A DNA stretch of 32,000 bases, from the NCBI GenBank assembly GCA_049414405.1, contig JBMSAQ010000015.1, positions 1 to 32,000 of the forward strand, given 5' to 3'. Origin of the DNA: Candidatus Nanopusillus sp. (GTDB lineage: Archaea; Nanobdellota; Nanobdellia; Nanobdellales; Nanobdellaceae). This document shows positions 1-7,568 of this stretch, in pieces (the first letter of the stretch is position 1; each line of letters starts with the position of its first letter). The translations under genes were made by a program, and so were the position numbers. The notes below the pieces were generated by a model. That model did no database searches. It saw only the letters and a program-made list of their open reading frames with translations, and was not told where the DNA came from.

Positions 1-1980
1 TACTGTTACTGTTTGTGTTATTGTTTGTTGAGTTGGTGTTTGTGTTATTGAAGGTGGTAATGTGGATCCTGTTGGTACCAATCCTACATTAACTGTTAAT
101 GGTTCTGATGGTGCATATAATTGTATTGTTGGATTACTTCCTTGTGGTGTTGTTCTTACTAAATACACACCATTTCGATCTAAGTATGCTTCTGCATTAC
201 TTCCAATTTGTATCATTGAAATACCTGGTAAATTTAAACTAAATCCGCTGCCAGCACTACTACTATTTAATGATATTGTGATATTAGAAATTCTCGAATT
301 ACCATAATCGTTATAGAAAGTTACATTTACGTGGAATGGTGCGGTTGTAACATTTGCTCCTATCCTTATGTATTTATTATATCCTTCATACAATGTTAAA
401 CCTGTAGTTGAAGAATATAGTTCGGAACCTGAGAATGATACGTTAGTTCCATTTATAGATGGTGTTAATGTTACTGATCCAACAGTAAATGGTACATTGT
501 GATATATTGTCATGGTTTGTCCAGTAACGTAATTATATAATGTTGCTGAACTGGATACTGAACTTACTGATTGTACTTGGAATATGTATGTTTGTCGTAA
601 GTTTGCATCTACTACAGCAAAGTATCCTCCTTGTTGTACTGATAGAGAAGTCATCGAACTTGCATTATGTACAACTCCTCTATCATTTGTAATTGTTCCT
701 ACAAATCCCGGAGATGCTGTAGTTAAGAATTTTAAGTTACCAGATGTATCTACGTATATTGGTATTGATACCATTCTTCCAGTTACAGCATCAACATATT
801 GTAATGTATATTGATTAGATCCACTTGGAGTCAACTGTAATGCTAATGGACCTGTTGGTAATTGAACTTGTCCAACTTGTAATTTATATCCATCAAATAC
901 TGGTAATTGATAGGATTGTCCTGCTAATAATGCATAACCTCCATTTGGTTGTGCTTGTGTTAACTTAAATGTAAATGTTAATCCTGACAATGTTTGTGTT
1001 GTAGAATTATAATTTGTTGTAACAGTTACCCCGCTAACTGGAGCACCACCTGGTGTTAATACATTACCTCCATTTACTGGGAATCTATATCCACTTTGTG
1101 ATACAACAATGGTTGCATAACCTGGATTTACATTTCCAGATACTAGCACAGATGCAAATGCGTTTACTACATAAACATTTACTCCGCTAATAACCTGTGA
1201 TGTACCTACTTGTATTGTATATTGTTGTCCATTAACATTTAATACAGCATACCAATCACCACTTTGATCCCTTACAACATTATCTAATCTAATTGTTAAT
1301 CCACCAACTGTTGTTGACTGTCCAACATTTAATGTTAATGTATTTGCAGCTTGTACTAGATGTATATAGCCATTATTATACGATAAATAATATGATGTAT
1401 CCAATACTGTTATTTGTTGTGGATTTGAAGATAAATGTGTTACATTTACTGATGGAGAAAAGTATATTGTTAAGTTTAATAAATTACCATCTTCCGATAC
1501 TACTCCTACTGATGGCATATAATTTGAACCTGATCCAAAGTCCCTAAACGTTATATTAGCTCCTAATGGTTGTACAAGTGTCTGGTATGTATATGTTTGT
1601 CCACCTATTTGGAATGATCCTGATCCTACTTGCAATACCGGATATGTTTTGTTTATATAATCACCTAAGTAAAGCGGTGCTTGTGATGAATAAAATAGAT
1701 ATGCACCAGATGGAACTTGAAGTGTAGTTTGTGAACCTACGTTAACTGTAACTGTTACATTTTGGGTAGATGGTACTGTAAATGTTTCTAAAGCTGCAAT
1801 TATATTTGAGGCCCCGACAACATCCACCGCATTGGCATTTGCTCCTACTACCACTGTCCATGCTGTTGGTTGTGATTTCATAGATTGAGCCATTTGACCT
1901 ATTGGTGCTCCTGCTGAATATGCTGCTACTCCTAATACACTTAATGCCCCCAAAGCTGCCAAGGTCTTACCTTTCATCAT
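1..1980 (-). CDS. Secreted S-layer-like surface glycoprotein, N-terminal 660 codons (C-terminus lies beyond the left window edge)
   Basis: Not in the supplied ORF track because it is edge-truncated. I read every + strand triplet in phase 1 from nt 1 to 1980 and none is TTA/CTA/TCA, so the minus frame is stop-free for 660 codons. It starts ATGATG at 1980 (alternative ATG at 2022, upstream in-frame stop at 2026-2028). The N-terminus MMKGKTLAALGALSVLGVAAYSAGA looks like a signal peptide. It is followed by TVVVGANANAVDVVGASNIIAAL, resembling N-terminal motifs of archaeal S-layer proteins. The body is T/S/N/G/Q/V-rich and Cys-free, with at least 12 N-x-S/T sequons, and a T/Q/P-rich linker sits at the window edge. 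Confidence 0.75.
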   Translation of the reverse strand, partial: MMKGKTLAALGALSVLGVAAYSAGAPIGQMAQSMKSQPTAWTVVVGANANAVDVVGASNIIAALETFTVPSTQNVTVTVNVGSQTTLQVPSGAYLFYSSQAPLYLGDYINKTYPVLQVGSGSFQIGGQTYTYQTLVQPLGANITFRDFGSGSNYMPSVGVVSEDGNLLNLTIYFSPSVNVTHLSSNPQQITVLDTSYYLSYNNGYIHLVQAANTLTLNVGQSTTVGGLTIRLDNVVRDQSGDWYAVLNVNGQQYTIQVGTSQVISGVNVYVVNAFASVLVSGNVNPGYATIVVSQSGYRFPVNGGNVLTPGGAPVSGVTVTTNYNSTTQTLSGLTFTFKLTQAQPNGGYALLAGQSYQLPVFDGYKLQVGQVQLPTGPLALQLTPSGSNQYTLQYVDAVTGRMVSIPIYVDTSGNLKFLTTASPGFVGTITNDRGVVHNASSMTSLSVQQGGYFAVVDANLRQTYIFQVQSVSSVSSSATLYNYVTGQTMTIYHNVPFTVGSVTLTPSINGTNVSFSGSELYSSTTGLTLYEGYNKYIRIGANVTTAPFHVNVTFYNDYGNSRISNITISLNSSSAGSGFSLNLPGISMIQIGSNAEAYLDRNGVYLVRTTPQGSNPTIQLYAPSEPLTVNVGLVPTGSTLPPSITQTPTQQTITQTVTV

Positions 1981-2135
1981 AAAATATCTATATGTGTTTT
2001 TCTCTTTATATTTGTTTTTCATGATTTATTTAATTATGATAGAGTTTAAAAAGTTTTCGGTTTTTGATTAAAATCAACTATAACCAACAAGTAACAACTT
2101 TATCATAAATCCACAAAACACTAAAAAATATATTA

Positions 2136-2840
2136 TTACAGTTCTTTAGCCTTTAATAGGGCTACCAAAGTTACTATTGATTCTATAAATATACTAAATA
2201 GAATAGTTAATAAAATAATATCAATGACTATTGAAACCCCATTATATTCGGGCGTTATGGGTGATGAAACCATTAAAGTGTATAATATGTATGTTACAAA
2301 TATGGTGGTCCATAATAGTGCTAAAATTATTAAACATACTAATATATAAGCTAATAATTTCAATGATTTGCTAAAATGTATTGATATTTTATTTACTTTT
2401 CCTAAAATAGCCCCATAGAAAGTATATAAAAGTAATATACCAACTATTACTGCTGTTATTAGAATTGCTATTCCAATGGTTGTTAATATTAGATTATCTG
2501 GTCCATAATATTGATAACCAGTTAATTCGAGATGTTCATACACAACCTGTATCAGAGCTGGTCTACTATATTGAATAAGCATTATTCCCATTGACATTAG
2601 TAAACTTGGTATTAATAGAGATTTAAATGCTGTTTTATAATCTGGATTGATATCTTCTCCTGTAACTTTCGTATAATACCAGGCTATTAAGTTGGGGTAG
2701 AAATATGATAATATAATTGCCCCAAATATTGGCAATATCGCAAATACCCCTCCCAACAATAATGCCGATACTCCAAATAATACGCTCTCTGCAAAATTTT
2801 TTCTCATGTAGTCAAAAGATTTTTTATATATTTCTATCAT
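2136..2840 (-). CDS. Polytopic membrane protein, paralog A of a three-member family in this window
   Basis: 234 aa ORF with about 6 hydrophobic segments. It shares an identical 28-aa stretch, WYYTKVTGEDINPDYKTAFKSLLIPSLL, and the GKVNK(I/L)SI motif with the adjacent ORF 2871-3584. No family name could be assigned from sequence alone. Confidence 0.75.
   Translation of the reverse strand: MIEIYKKSFDYMRKNFAESVLFGVSALLLGGVFAILPIFGAIILSYFYPNLIAWYYTKVTGEDINPDYKTAFKSLLIPSLLMSMGIMLIQYSRPALIQVVYEHLELTGYQYYGPDNLILTTIGIAILITAVIVGILLLYTFYGAILGKVNKISIHFSKSLKLLAYILVCLIILALLWTTIFVTYILYTLMVSSPITPEYNGVSIVIDIILLTILFSIFIESIVTLVALLKAKEL
2593..2681. repeat. 89-nt near-identical block, copy 1 (inside paralog A)
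   Basis: Aligned by eye to 3331-3419 with 6 mismatches in 89 nt. The rest of the two genes is much more diverged. Confidence 0.8.
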
Positions 2841-2870
2841 AAGTAATAGATCCTAAAAAGATATAAAAAA

Positions 2871-3584
2871 TTAAAATTCTTTAGCCCTTAATAGTAATAT
2901 TAAATTCATTGCTGGATATACAACAATTATATTTAAAATTAGTACAACAATACCCCCCAATAAAGGAAATATTAATGAAAATATTTTACCAATTATTAAT
3001 AATACTATACTGGCAATAATCTTAAACAAAAACCAATATGCAAATAATATAAATGATTTCTCAACATTTATCGATAATTTATTTACTTTTCCAAAAATAG
3101 ATCCATAAATACTATATAATAATAGTAACCAAACTACTCCACTAGCTATTATAGTTATTATACCAATAATTGTACCTACAAAAACATATGTAAAAATAGG
3201 AAAGCTCGATAAACCAATTGATATTAATTGTTGAAGACTAATATTACCAATTTCATCAATATCTGCAAAATCTGGTAATAAATTTATTAAAATGCTAATT
3301 AATATTGCTAATATTATAATTATACCAAGAGATATTAATAAACTTGGTATTAATAGAGATTTAAATGCTGTTTTATAATCTGGATTAATATCTTCTCCCG
3401 TAACCTTTGTATAATACCATTTAGTTAATCTTGGATAAAAATATGAAAACAAGAATGCTCCTATTATCGGTAATAAAAATAATGTCTTCCATAATATATA
3501 AAATAATGCCCCATATATTAAACTCTCTGCTATATGATTTTTTACCAAATCAATAGATTTTTTATATGTTTCTAAAATACCCAT
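2871..3584 (-). CDS. Polytopic membrane protein, paralog B (tandem to paralog A)
   Basis: 237 aa with the same architecture and conserved blocks as 2136-2840 (YFYPxL..WYYTKVTGEDINPDYKTAFKSLLIPSLL; LLLYxxYGxIxGKVNK). Confidence 0.75.
   Translation of the reverse strand: MGILETYKKSIDLVKNHIAESLIYGALFYILWKTLFLLPIIGAFLFSYFYPRLTKWYYTKVTGEDINPDYKTAFKSLLIPSLLISLGIIIILAILISILINLLPDFADIDEIGNISLQQLISIGLSSFPIFTYVFVGTIIGIITIIASGVVWLLLLYSIYGSIFGKVNKLSINVEKSFILFAYWFLFKIIASIVLLIIGKIFSLIFPLLGGIVVLILNIIVVYPAMNLILLLRAKEF
3331..3419. repeat. 89-nt near-identical block, copy 2 (inside paralog B)
   Basis: The shared core is aaacttggtattaatagagatttaaatgctgttttataatctggatt. See 2593-2681. Confidence 0.8.
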
Positions 3585-3614
3585 AAAAAATTTTTCTTAA
3601 TAAAATTTAAAATA

Positions 3615-5138
3615 TTATCTTTTTGCAAACTTTATACCCCTCTTCTCATATTCAATAATATTTATTAATAACTCGTCCTCGCTTTTATATTCCTTCTTTA
3701 ATAAGAACCTTGCAGATAAGTAACTTATACCTTTACCAGCATAAATAAATACAAACTTTTTACTATAATTTTTTAACAATTCTGCAGTTATATTCATTTT
3801 TTTCTCATCTTCTAAATCTTTTTCACTTTTTGCAACACCAAAATATTGACCCTTACATTTTTTACATTTGAGTTTTTCATCGTAATCTTTTACCTTTATT
3901 TTATATCTTGTTCCACAAGCCATACAAACAAATATTAGTTCTGTATTTTCAATTCTTTCCTTTACCAATTTCAATACTTCTCTCCATTTATCAGAGATCA
4001 ATACATCTGATACATATTCCTCCAATCCCAAAATTGCTAAAGGTGATATATTTTCCCTATCAACAATATTTACTTTTATTTTTTTCTCCTTTATTTTCTT
4101 TAATATTATCTTTAAATTTTTCACATCTAACTTTTCAATAAATAATTCATTTAATGTTTCTCTATATACTGGCGTATTAATTAAATGATCCAGAATTCTT
4201 CTTAAAGTAGATTTTGAATAATCAGCATCTTTTCTAATTACCCCAAACCTCTTTGCAACATGTGAAAATTTCCATAAAAATAAATCTGTATTAACTATTG
4301 CCTTTTCTAATATATCCTCTATATCATCTAAATCAATATTTTCAATTACTTCTTTAATATTTTCTTTTGTAATATATCCTGCTTTTAATATTATTCTATA
4401 AGGATCTGTTTTTATCCCAACAACAATTCCATATTTTTCAGATAATATTTGAGAAATTAACCTTGACAATGCATCATTTATTTTACTTCCAAATGGAGAA
4501 TGAATAATAAACCAATCCCTATATTGTTCAATGTAAATATTATCCTTACTTGGGTAAAAATATAGTTCTTGATTTTTTAGTTCATCAAAGTTTAATAATT
4601 CTCTCTTTATTTCTTGAGCTTCTTGTGCAACTTCTAATGGTACAGGTAACAATTCACCTTCCCAAGAAGGTATTGCAGATTCAAAATCTTTTTCCAATCC
4701 AACCAAAATCTTATTTTTTTCAATTTTTTCAATTTTCCATGGTAAACCTCTTAATATAAATATTGTACCAGGATTTCCGTGTTTTGCAACAAATTCTTCA
4801 TGCAATATACCAATCTTTTGACCTGTTGTTATATCATATACATCATATGATTTTTCATCTGGTATCATTGAAATATTATCTAAAAAATAAAATAGTCCTT
4901 TTCTTGTTTTAATTAATTTCTTATTTTCTTTATCGTATATCAAAATCTTTATTGAATCTAAAAAATTTATTATTTCTAAAAATTCTTCATATGTTAAATC
5001 TTTATATATATAAGATCTTTTTATTGTATTCCATACAAGATTTATATCAACTTCTCCATATTCCAAAGTCATCCCAACAATTTGATTTGCCAATACATCT
5101 AAAGCATTATAATGAATCTCTGGTTTTTCAATTTTCAT
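3615..5138 (-). CDS. Lhr-type helicase C-terminal half only (winged-helix/DEAD_assoc-like region plus C-terminal zinc ribbon); no helicase core
   Basis: 507 aa. The N-terminal part (HYNALDVLANQIVGM..., FILRGLPWKIEKIE...) resembles the region that follows the RecA-like core in Lhr-family helicases. The C-terminus has CMACG...CKKCKG (a Cys4 ribbon). I could not find a Walker A or DExH motif in this ORF, and the upstream neighbour is on the opposite strand. Confidence 0.65.
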   Translation of the reverse strand: MKIEKPEIHYNALDVLANQIVGMTLEYGEVDINLVWNTIKRSYIYKDLTYEEFLEIINFLDSIKILIYDKENKKLIKTRKGLFYFLDNISMIPDEKSYDVYDITTGQKIGILHEEFVAKHGNPGTIFILRGLPWKIEKIEKNKILVGLEKDFESAIPSWEGELLPVPLEVAQEAQEIKRELLNFDELKNQELYFYPSKDNIYIEQYRDWFIIHSPFGSKINDALSRLISQILSEKYGIVVGIKTDPYRIILKAGYITKENIKEVIENIDLDDIEDILEKAIVNTDLFLWKFSHVAKRFGVIRKDADYSKSTLRRILDHLINTPVYRETLNELFIEKLDVKNLKIILKKIKEKKIKVNIVDRENISPLAILGLEEYVSDVLISDKWREVLKLVKERIENTELIFVCMACGTRYKIKVKDYDEKLKCKKCKGQYFGVAKSEKDLEDEKKMNITAELLKNYSKKFVFIYAGKGISYLSARFLLKKEYKSEDELLINIIEYEKRGIKFAKR

Positions 5139-5224
5139 AATTTTTATATTACTATAAATATTTTATACAATATTCTGGACATAAAAATTTATAAAATTTT
5201 CTATAAATATTATTATTATTTAGG

Positions 5225-5464
5225 ATGGACGAATACAACCCAAACAAAAAATTTTATAAAACGAGTTTGGATGGGCTTTTAGATGGAACATTGGGGGTTA
5301 TGAGAGATGAAAAGAGACACCCATACTTTAGCTTACTGCTAGGATCTATAGGAAAATTTAATAGACTATTGGGGGATGCAAAATACTATGATAAACAGCC
5401 AATAGTAGAGTTTGAAAGACAACAATTAATAGAAGAAATGATAGTATTGACAATAAAATATTAG
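5225..5464 (+). CDS. Hypothetical protein (79 aa), first gene of an unassigned four-gene cluster
   Basis: ORF with an AT-rich promoter-like region upstream. The motif EKRHPYFSLLLGSIGKF resembles GKFHPLREILYHQIG (ORF 6287-6916) and RKPYDINWALGILYKVIG (ORF 5545-6102). Confidence 0.5.
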   Translation: MDEYNPNKKFYKTSLDGLLDGTLGVMRDEKRHPYFSLLLGSIGKFNRLLGDAKYYDKQPIVEFERQQLIEEMIVLTIKY

Positions 5465-5544
5465 ATATAGAGCCTGATCCTCTAACATTCATAGCTGGTC
5501 TATCAATAATAGGATATGCAAAAAATGGATATAAAGTAACAGTA

Positions 5545-6102
5545 ATGAGATGTCGCGAAAACGACAGAGGTGATGATTGTTGGTATGAAACGATCTCATA
5601 TACAAAAGGAGAACTGGCTGAAGAGATAGGAAGTATATTAATAGAATATGCTACAAATATGCTAAGAGATAGATATTACAGTAAAAGGGAAATAGAAAAT
5701 ATAAGGAGAAATTTAAACGAGATTGTAAATACAATTGAAAGAAGGAAACCGTATGATATAAATTGGGCATTGGGAATACTATACAAAGTAATAGGACTAA
5801 TGTATATAGAAAAATTAAAGAAATTGGGAATAGCAAAAGAAGAATCTGGAGAACAATATAAAATAATAATAGATGAAAAGAAATTAATAGAAATGTATAG
5901 ACCATTAATACAATCAATAGGATTGTCCAATGAAATAATAGAAACATTCAAATATACAATAACTGGAGGATCATCTAATAAAGTTACAGATATGAGAGAG
6001 ATATATGAAGCAATAGAAAGAGAATTGAAGAAAGATCCAAAATATAAAATGTGTATGGAAACCTTGCCAAAATGTAGGATAAACGTATGGGAAAGATACT
6101 GA
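5545..6102 (+). CDS. Hypothetical protein (185 aa from the first ATG; frame open from 5416), Cys-pair plus winged-helix-like C-terminal motif
   Basis: The Cys pair (RCRENDRGDDC) sits at residues 3-12, whereas in the two downstream paralogs it lies 45-77 aa in. The same frame is stop-free back to 5416 but has no ATG/GTG/TTG there. The C-terminal motif is IGLMYIEKLKKLGIAKEESGEQYKIII. Confidence 0.55.
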   Translation: MRCRENDRGDDCWYETISYTKGELAEEIGSILIEYATNMLRDRYYSKREIENIRRNLNEIVNTIERRKPYDINWALGILYKVIGLMYIEKLKKLGIAKEESGEQYKIIIDEKKLIEMYRPLIQSIGLSNEIIETFKYTITGGSSNKVTDMREIYEAIERELKKDPKYKMCMETLPKCRINVWERY

Positions 6103-6286
6103 AAAAGCTGAAAAATCTAATTTTTTATAAATAATTCCATTTTTAATATAAAAATACCAACTCTAATAATTATAATTAATTAAGAAATATTTTTAAAAAC
6201 GTATAAAAAAATTAAAAAATTTAGCATTAAATATAAAAATTTTTTAAGTAAAGAAATTTTATAGAACTTTCCAACAGTTATAACTT

Positions 6287-6916
6287 ATGGCTCCTAATAG
6301 TTTAGATGAAGTTATACTATCTGTTATAGAACCTACAAAAGAAGCCATTATGGAGCTTAACAAGATATTAAATAAACAAAATTCTGAATTTTTAAAAAAT
6401 GAGATATTAAAAAAATACAGTGGGGAAATTGAATCTAAAATAAGTAGTTTTCAATCGTATAAATTGCATATAGATGATATTTCATTAGAACTTATTTTAG
6501 ATGATTTATTATGGCACTGCCGTACTAGAATTAATGTAAAATGTTCAAATGAAGAAATAGACAGAAAGTATAAGGATGGTAAACTATTTGGTTATTTGTA
6601 TTTGGATGAATTAGAAAATCGTTTGGGATTTTTAATGATAGGAAACAGATTCCTTGAATTATATGAACAAGCTTATGATGAACGAGGAAAGGTTAAAGAT
6701 CTGGAAGCAGAAAAAATGTTTAAAATATATTCTGCACTTCTTCAACAGACTGGCAAATTCCATCCTTTAAGAGAAATTTTATATCACCAAATAGGACAAC
6801 TCTATATTAGATATTTATATGAAATGGGTATACTAAAAAAGACTCCAGAAGGTTATATAATATTAACAAACCATCCAAAAGTACAAGAAGTAATGAAGAA
6901 GTTTTATCGATATTAG
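6287..6916 (+). CDS. Hypothetical protein (209 aa), paralog of 5545-6102 and 6948-7559
   Basis: Has the shared skeleton HCRTRINVKC ... DELENRLG ... IGQLYIRYLYEMGILKKTPEGYIIL. I recognised no known catalytic motif. Confidence 0.6.
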   Translation: MAPNSLDEVILSVIEPTKEAIMELNKILNKQNSEFLKNEILKKYSGEIESKISSFQSYKLHIDDISLELILDDLLWHCRTRINVKCSNEEIDRKYKDGKLFGYLYLDELENRLGFLMIGNRFLELYEQAYDERGKVKDLEAEKMFKIYSALLQQTGKFHPLREILYHQIGQLYIRYLYEMGILKKTPEGYIILTNHPKVQEVMKKFYRY

Positions 6917-6947
6917 AATTTTAAAACTTTTTTTTAATCATAATTTA

Positions 6948-7559
6948 ATGGAGAAGATAAGCACGCGTCTATTGGATTTAGATGGTGTAATAAAACATTA
7001 TATAAAGGAAACAAGCTATAAATTGAACGATATGAATATTGAAAATGCTATGTATATTGCACTCATTATATTAGGAAAAATATGCAAAAAGAGTGCAAAC
7101 GTAGAGTGTAAATATGACTTATCAGAAAAACCATCTATATTATATAATTTAAGGAAAAATGAGCTTGAAAGATTAGTTGGTAAAGCATTTCTTGGTATAG
7201 TACCTTATTTTCACCCTCGTTCTCGTATTCCTTACGATCATATTCGTTATTTAGAATATAAAGTAAAATTAATAATTGATGACTTTTTTGATGAACTTTC
7301 TCATTACAAAAGTTTAGAAAAAAGTAAAATAGAAATAGAAAACGAATTGAGAAAGATATATCAAGCTGTTGGATCTGAAATTTTAGGAAAATTGGAAGAA
7401 ATGAATATGATAAAAATAATAAAAACAGACAAACACGAAAATTCTCCAGTATATGTAAAAATATTGGATAATACAGATGAATTTAAAAGAAAATATGAAG
7501 AATATAGAATAATGGATTATGAATATGAATATAAAATATCCAAAATGGAATATGACTGA
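6948..7559 (+). CDS. Hypothetical protein (203 aa), paralog of 5545-6102 and 6287-6916
   Basis: Has the shared skeleton ICKKSANVEC ... NELERLVG ... VGSEILGKLEEMNMIKIIK...VYVKIL, followed by an acidic/Tyr-rich tail. Confidence 0.6.
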   Translation: MEKISTRLLDLDGVIKHYIKETSYKLNDMNIENAMYIALIILGKICKKSANVECKYDLSEKPSILYNLRKNELERLVGKAFLGIVPYFHPRSRIPYDHIRYLEYKVKLIIDDFFDELSHYKSLEKSKIEIENELRKIYQAVGSEILGKLEEMNMIKIIKTDKHENSPVYVKILDNTDEFKRKYEEYRIMDYEYEYKISKMEYD

Positions 7560-7568
7560 AAATATGTA

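Noticed and set aside
62-1547. Three + strand ORFs from the track (62-307, 584-814, 1293-1547)
   Set aside because: They lie opposite a 660-codon stop-free minus-strand frame that has a signal peptide and coherent surface-protein composition. Their own products are low-complexity shadows of that frame.
3908-5951. Short ORFs antisense to the Lhr fragment (3908-4141, 4550-4759, 4952-5140) and to ORF 5545-6102 (5651-5947, 5676-5951)
   Set aside because: Their products are L/F/I/Y-rich low-complexity translations, typical of the reverse strand of Lys/Glu/Ile-rich genes in an AT-rich genome. They have no motifs and no independent promoter space.
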